Below, piece after piece: positions 61,774-64,000 of a DNA stretch of 64,000 nt. A program made the translations under genes and the position numbers. Origin of the DNA: Marsupella aquatica (Eukaryota > Plantae > Marchantiophyta); contig OZ316895.1 of NCBI GenBank assembly GCA_973895155.1, positions 4,203,659-4,267,658 of the forward strand, read 5' to 3'. Under the pieces are notes generated by a model, which was not told the origin of the DNA, ran no database searches, and was given only the letters and a program-made list of their open reading frames with translations. Position 1 is the first letter of the stretch; every line of letters starts with the position of its first letter.

Positions 61774-63951
61774 TTAATCATCTAAAATTTCAAATTCTAT
61801 GCCTCCATGAATATGTCTACATGACTGATTTGAACAAGTGAGTCGCTCTCCATTTGGGTCATATAGTCTGTCACGAGTGCAAGTGTCTTTGGGATAACGG
61901 TTTTTAAACTTAGAGGTGAGATCCCTAGTCTTTAGAACTTCCCAGACAAATCGGCGAGGATTTTCTCTGAAGGGACCTGCATAAGACTCGCCCAAACAGT
62001 TGTTGACCACATCTTTCATATCATCTTCGGTCAGGTTCTCAAATGTAGGGTAGGATTGTACCATATCCCTCACTTCCCAACATATCTCATCTCCAGTGAC
62101 ATCCAAGATGGTATACTCAATCTTGGAACGCCAAATCTTACTTCCCCACTTATGGGAAAGTAAATCATAGATTGCAGCATTACTTTCACGGTCATCATTT
62201 ATATTAACAAATGACCAAAGTGGATTGTTGACAGATATATATTGTCGGATGTCATAAGCCTTCCACAATTTTCTAAGGAATGGCCAAAGTATCTCTGGTA
62301 GAAAAGTGTCACTCTCGGCAATGTGTGAGAAGGGAGTTGGGAACAAACCACTATACTGTGGATTTGCAAAAACCTTCACTAGAGAGTCATCAATAAGTAG
62401 AGTGTTTGTATCATCATACTTGTCTCCAAAACAACTCCACACCACACGCAAATCCTTCAACATAATATTTGCTTTCCCATCTGCTACGTCCGGTCTTTTT
62501 ATGCAAGTATCAAAAGCATCTTCTTGTGTGAAAACAAATTTAAATTGCCTCCGCTCCTCTTCTTTGAAAATCAAATTCATCATTTCATTAGTTCTTGGCC
62601 TCCCCGCACAAGTCCACAATGCGACATCAAAACCTTTGAAAGCCACCTCCAAAAATTGGTGCAACCTTGGCCTTTCCACGTACATGAAATTGAATCCACC
62701 CCGTCTCCCCCAATGCACACCCTGCACAGTTGTTGTAGATCTTAACGGTCCCGAGCTTTTTGTTTTGACGCAATCCCAACAAATTTTGTTCAGGTCCAAA
62801 ATCAAGAGTTTTCTTCTTATATCAGAGTGCAATTTAGGAGTGAAATCTGCAAAGATCCAAATGAATCAAAATTATATCTAAAAGATATAAAAGAAGAACT
62901 TAGGGTCGAACCTGGATCGACCCGACCTAATGGGGAAAACAAACATATCATTTTTGAATGTCAAAGCATTTTGATATATCAATGTAGAAGTACCTTGCTC
63001 AAATGCTTTGTCTTGGACCAGGGTACCGCTTGCTGAAGGTAGACCAATAATATCCTTCGATGGAAGAGATGCTATGACAAAACTTTGGTCTGTCCATATA
63101 TGATTTCCAAACATAATATTTTAGATTATTGTGAAAAATAGAAGAACGAAACCATAATATTAACCTCCACTACTAAATGACCCATATTCATCTATCATTT
63201 TATCACCTAGATCACTTTGGATATCAGAATTGACGCCAACAGGAAGCTGCTCCACCAACATTGGCGGCGCAAACACTGGACTCAATCTCAATTTGTCTAT
63301 TATGTAATCAGGTTTGACCATTAACTTAGGCGCATCCTCCGACGTTTCTTTCAATCCAACTTTAGGTCCATTTCTCCAAATAAAATGAGTTGCATAACGG
63401 ACTGTCTTTATATATCCTGTTCTACCTATCTCAGATCCAGACTTTTGAGACAAGCGTAATATTATGGGGCTTCCGCTTGACATCCTTGTGAAGACCAATT
63501 TATTCCCTGACAAACAAAATTGAGGAGACTCGGAACAAGTTGAAGCACCTGCCTCTTCAGCTTCAACATTTGTTGTCTCTCCAAGTGGAAGGTTGTCTTC
63601 AATCGCTTCTGCAATACCAACTTGTAGGTCCGTGGTGGGTGTAGTGGCCCCAATATTCTGCCAACCTGCATCCAATGTGCACGATACCTGCGGTCTCTCG
63701 GGATGCAATTTTGATACTTCAGGGTTGAGAGGATTTGATGGAGGGTCGCTCTCAGGGCGACCCGACATCACTATGTCGAGTTGAGGTAGCCCTTCAACAC
63801 CGTAGGTAGTAATGCCAACCATTTCTGTTGCTCGAGCATCCCAATTTCCGCCAAAATCCTCCTCTACCATAGGACTTGAACCTCCATCATCATGCTGCAA
63901 CTCACCATCCTCAAGGTCAACTCGCTGAGGGCCCGGTTGGGGGTTGTCCAT
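61774..63951 (-). CDS. FCP1/NIF-like HAD phosphatase-domain protein with a low-complexity acidic N-terminus and a C-terminal CCCH-like finger (about 651-656 aa, spliced)
   Basis: Exons 63951-63165, 63089-62994, optional micro-exon 62926-62912, and 62846-61774; all introns are phase-1 GT-AG. Motifs KLLILDLN, ERPRLHQFL, FDVALWTCA, FVFTQED, LKDLRVVW, NTLLIDDS..K...NP. C-terminal C-x14-CSNQSCRHIH. Confidence 0.75.
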
Positions 63952-64000
63952 AGGCCCGCAAAGAACACTTAGATGAGCTCTCCTAGGACCATGTACTCCC

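Noticed and set aside
62306-62881. 191-aa plus-strand ORF
   Set aside because: Antisense shadow of the FCP1-like exon.

Overview
Eukaryotic land-plant nuclear DNA with spliced GT-AG genes and a dense load of transposon debris; the species cannot be determined from the sequence. From left to right: the 5' part of a Ty1/copia LTR retrotransposon (minus strand; LTR, PBS and gag); a 5-exon condensin II subunit CAP-G2 gene; a decayed germin-like gene; an LRR receptor-like kinase broken by two frameshifts; several MITEs; two tandem paralogous 6-exon genes; a degenerate copia pol; and a spliced minus-strand gene. The two tandem genes each splice in frame into one protein of about 810-820 aa carrying TWO GT34 glycosyltransferase domains plus an acidic tail, which is the most unusual feature here. 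The last gene joins an FCP1/NIF-like HAD phosphatase domain to a putative CCCH zinc finger and lies in TE-rich sequence. All exon boundaries were derived by hand from splice consensus and reading-frame continuity; no database searches were run.
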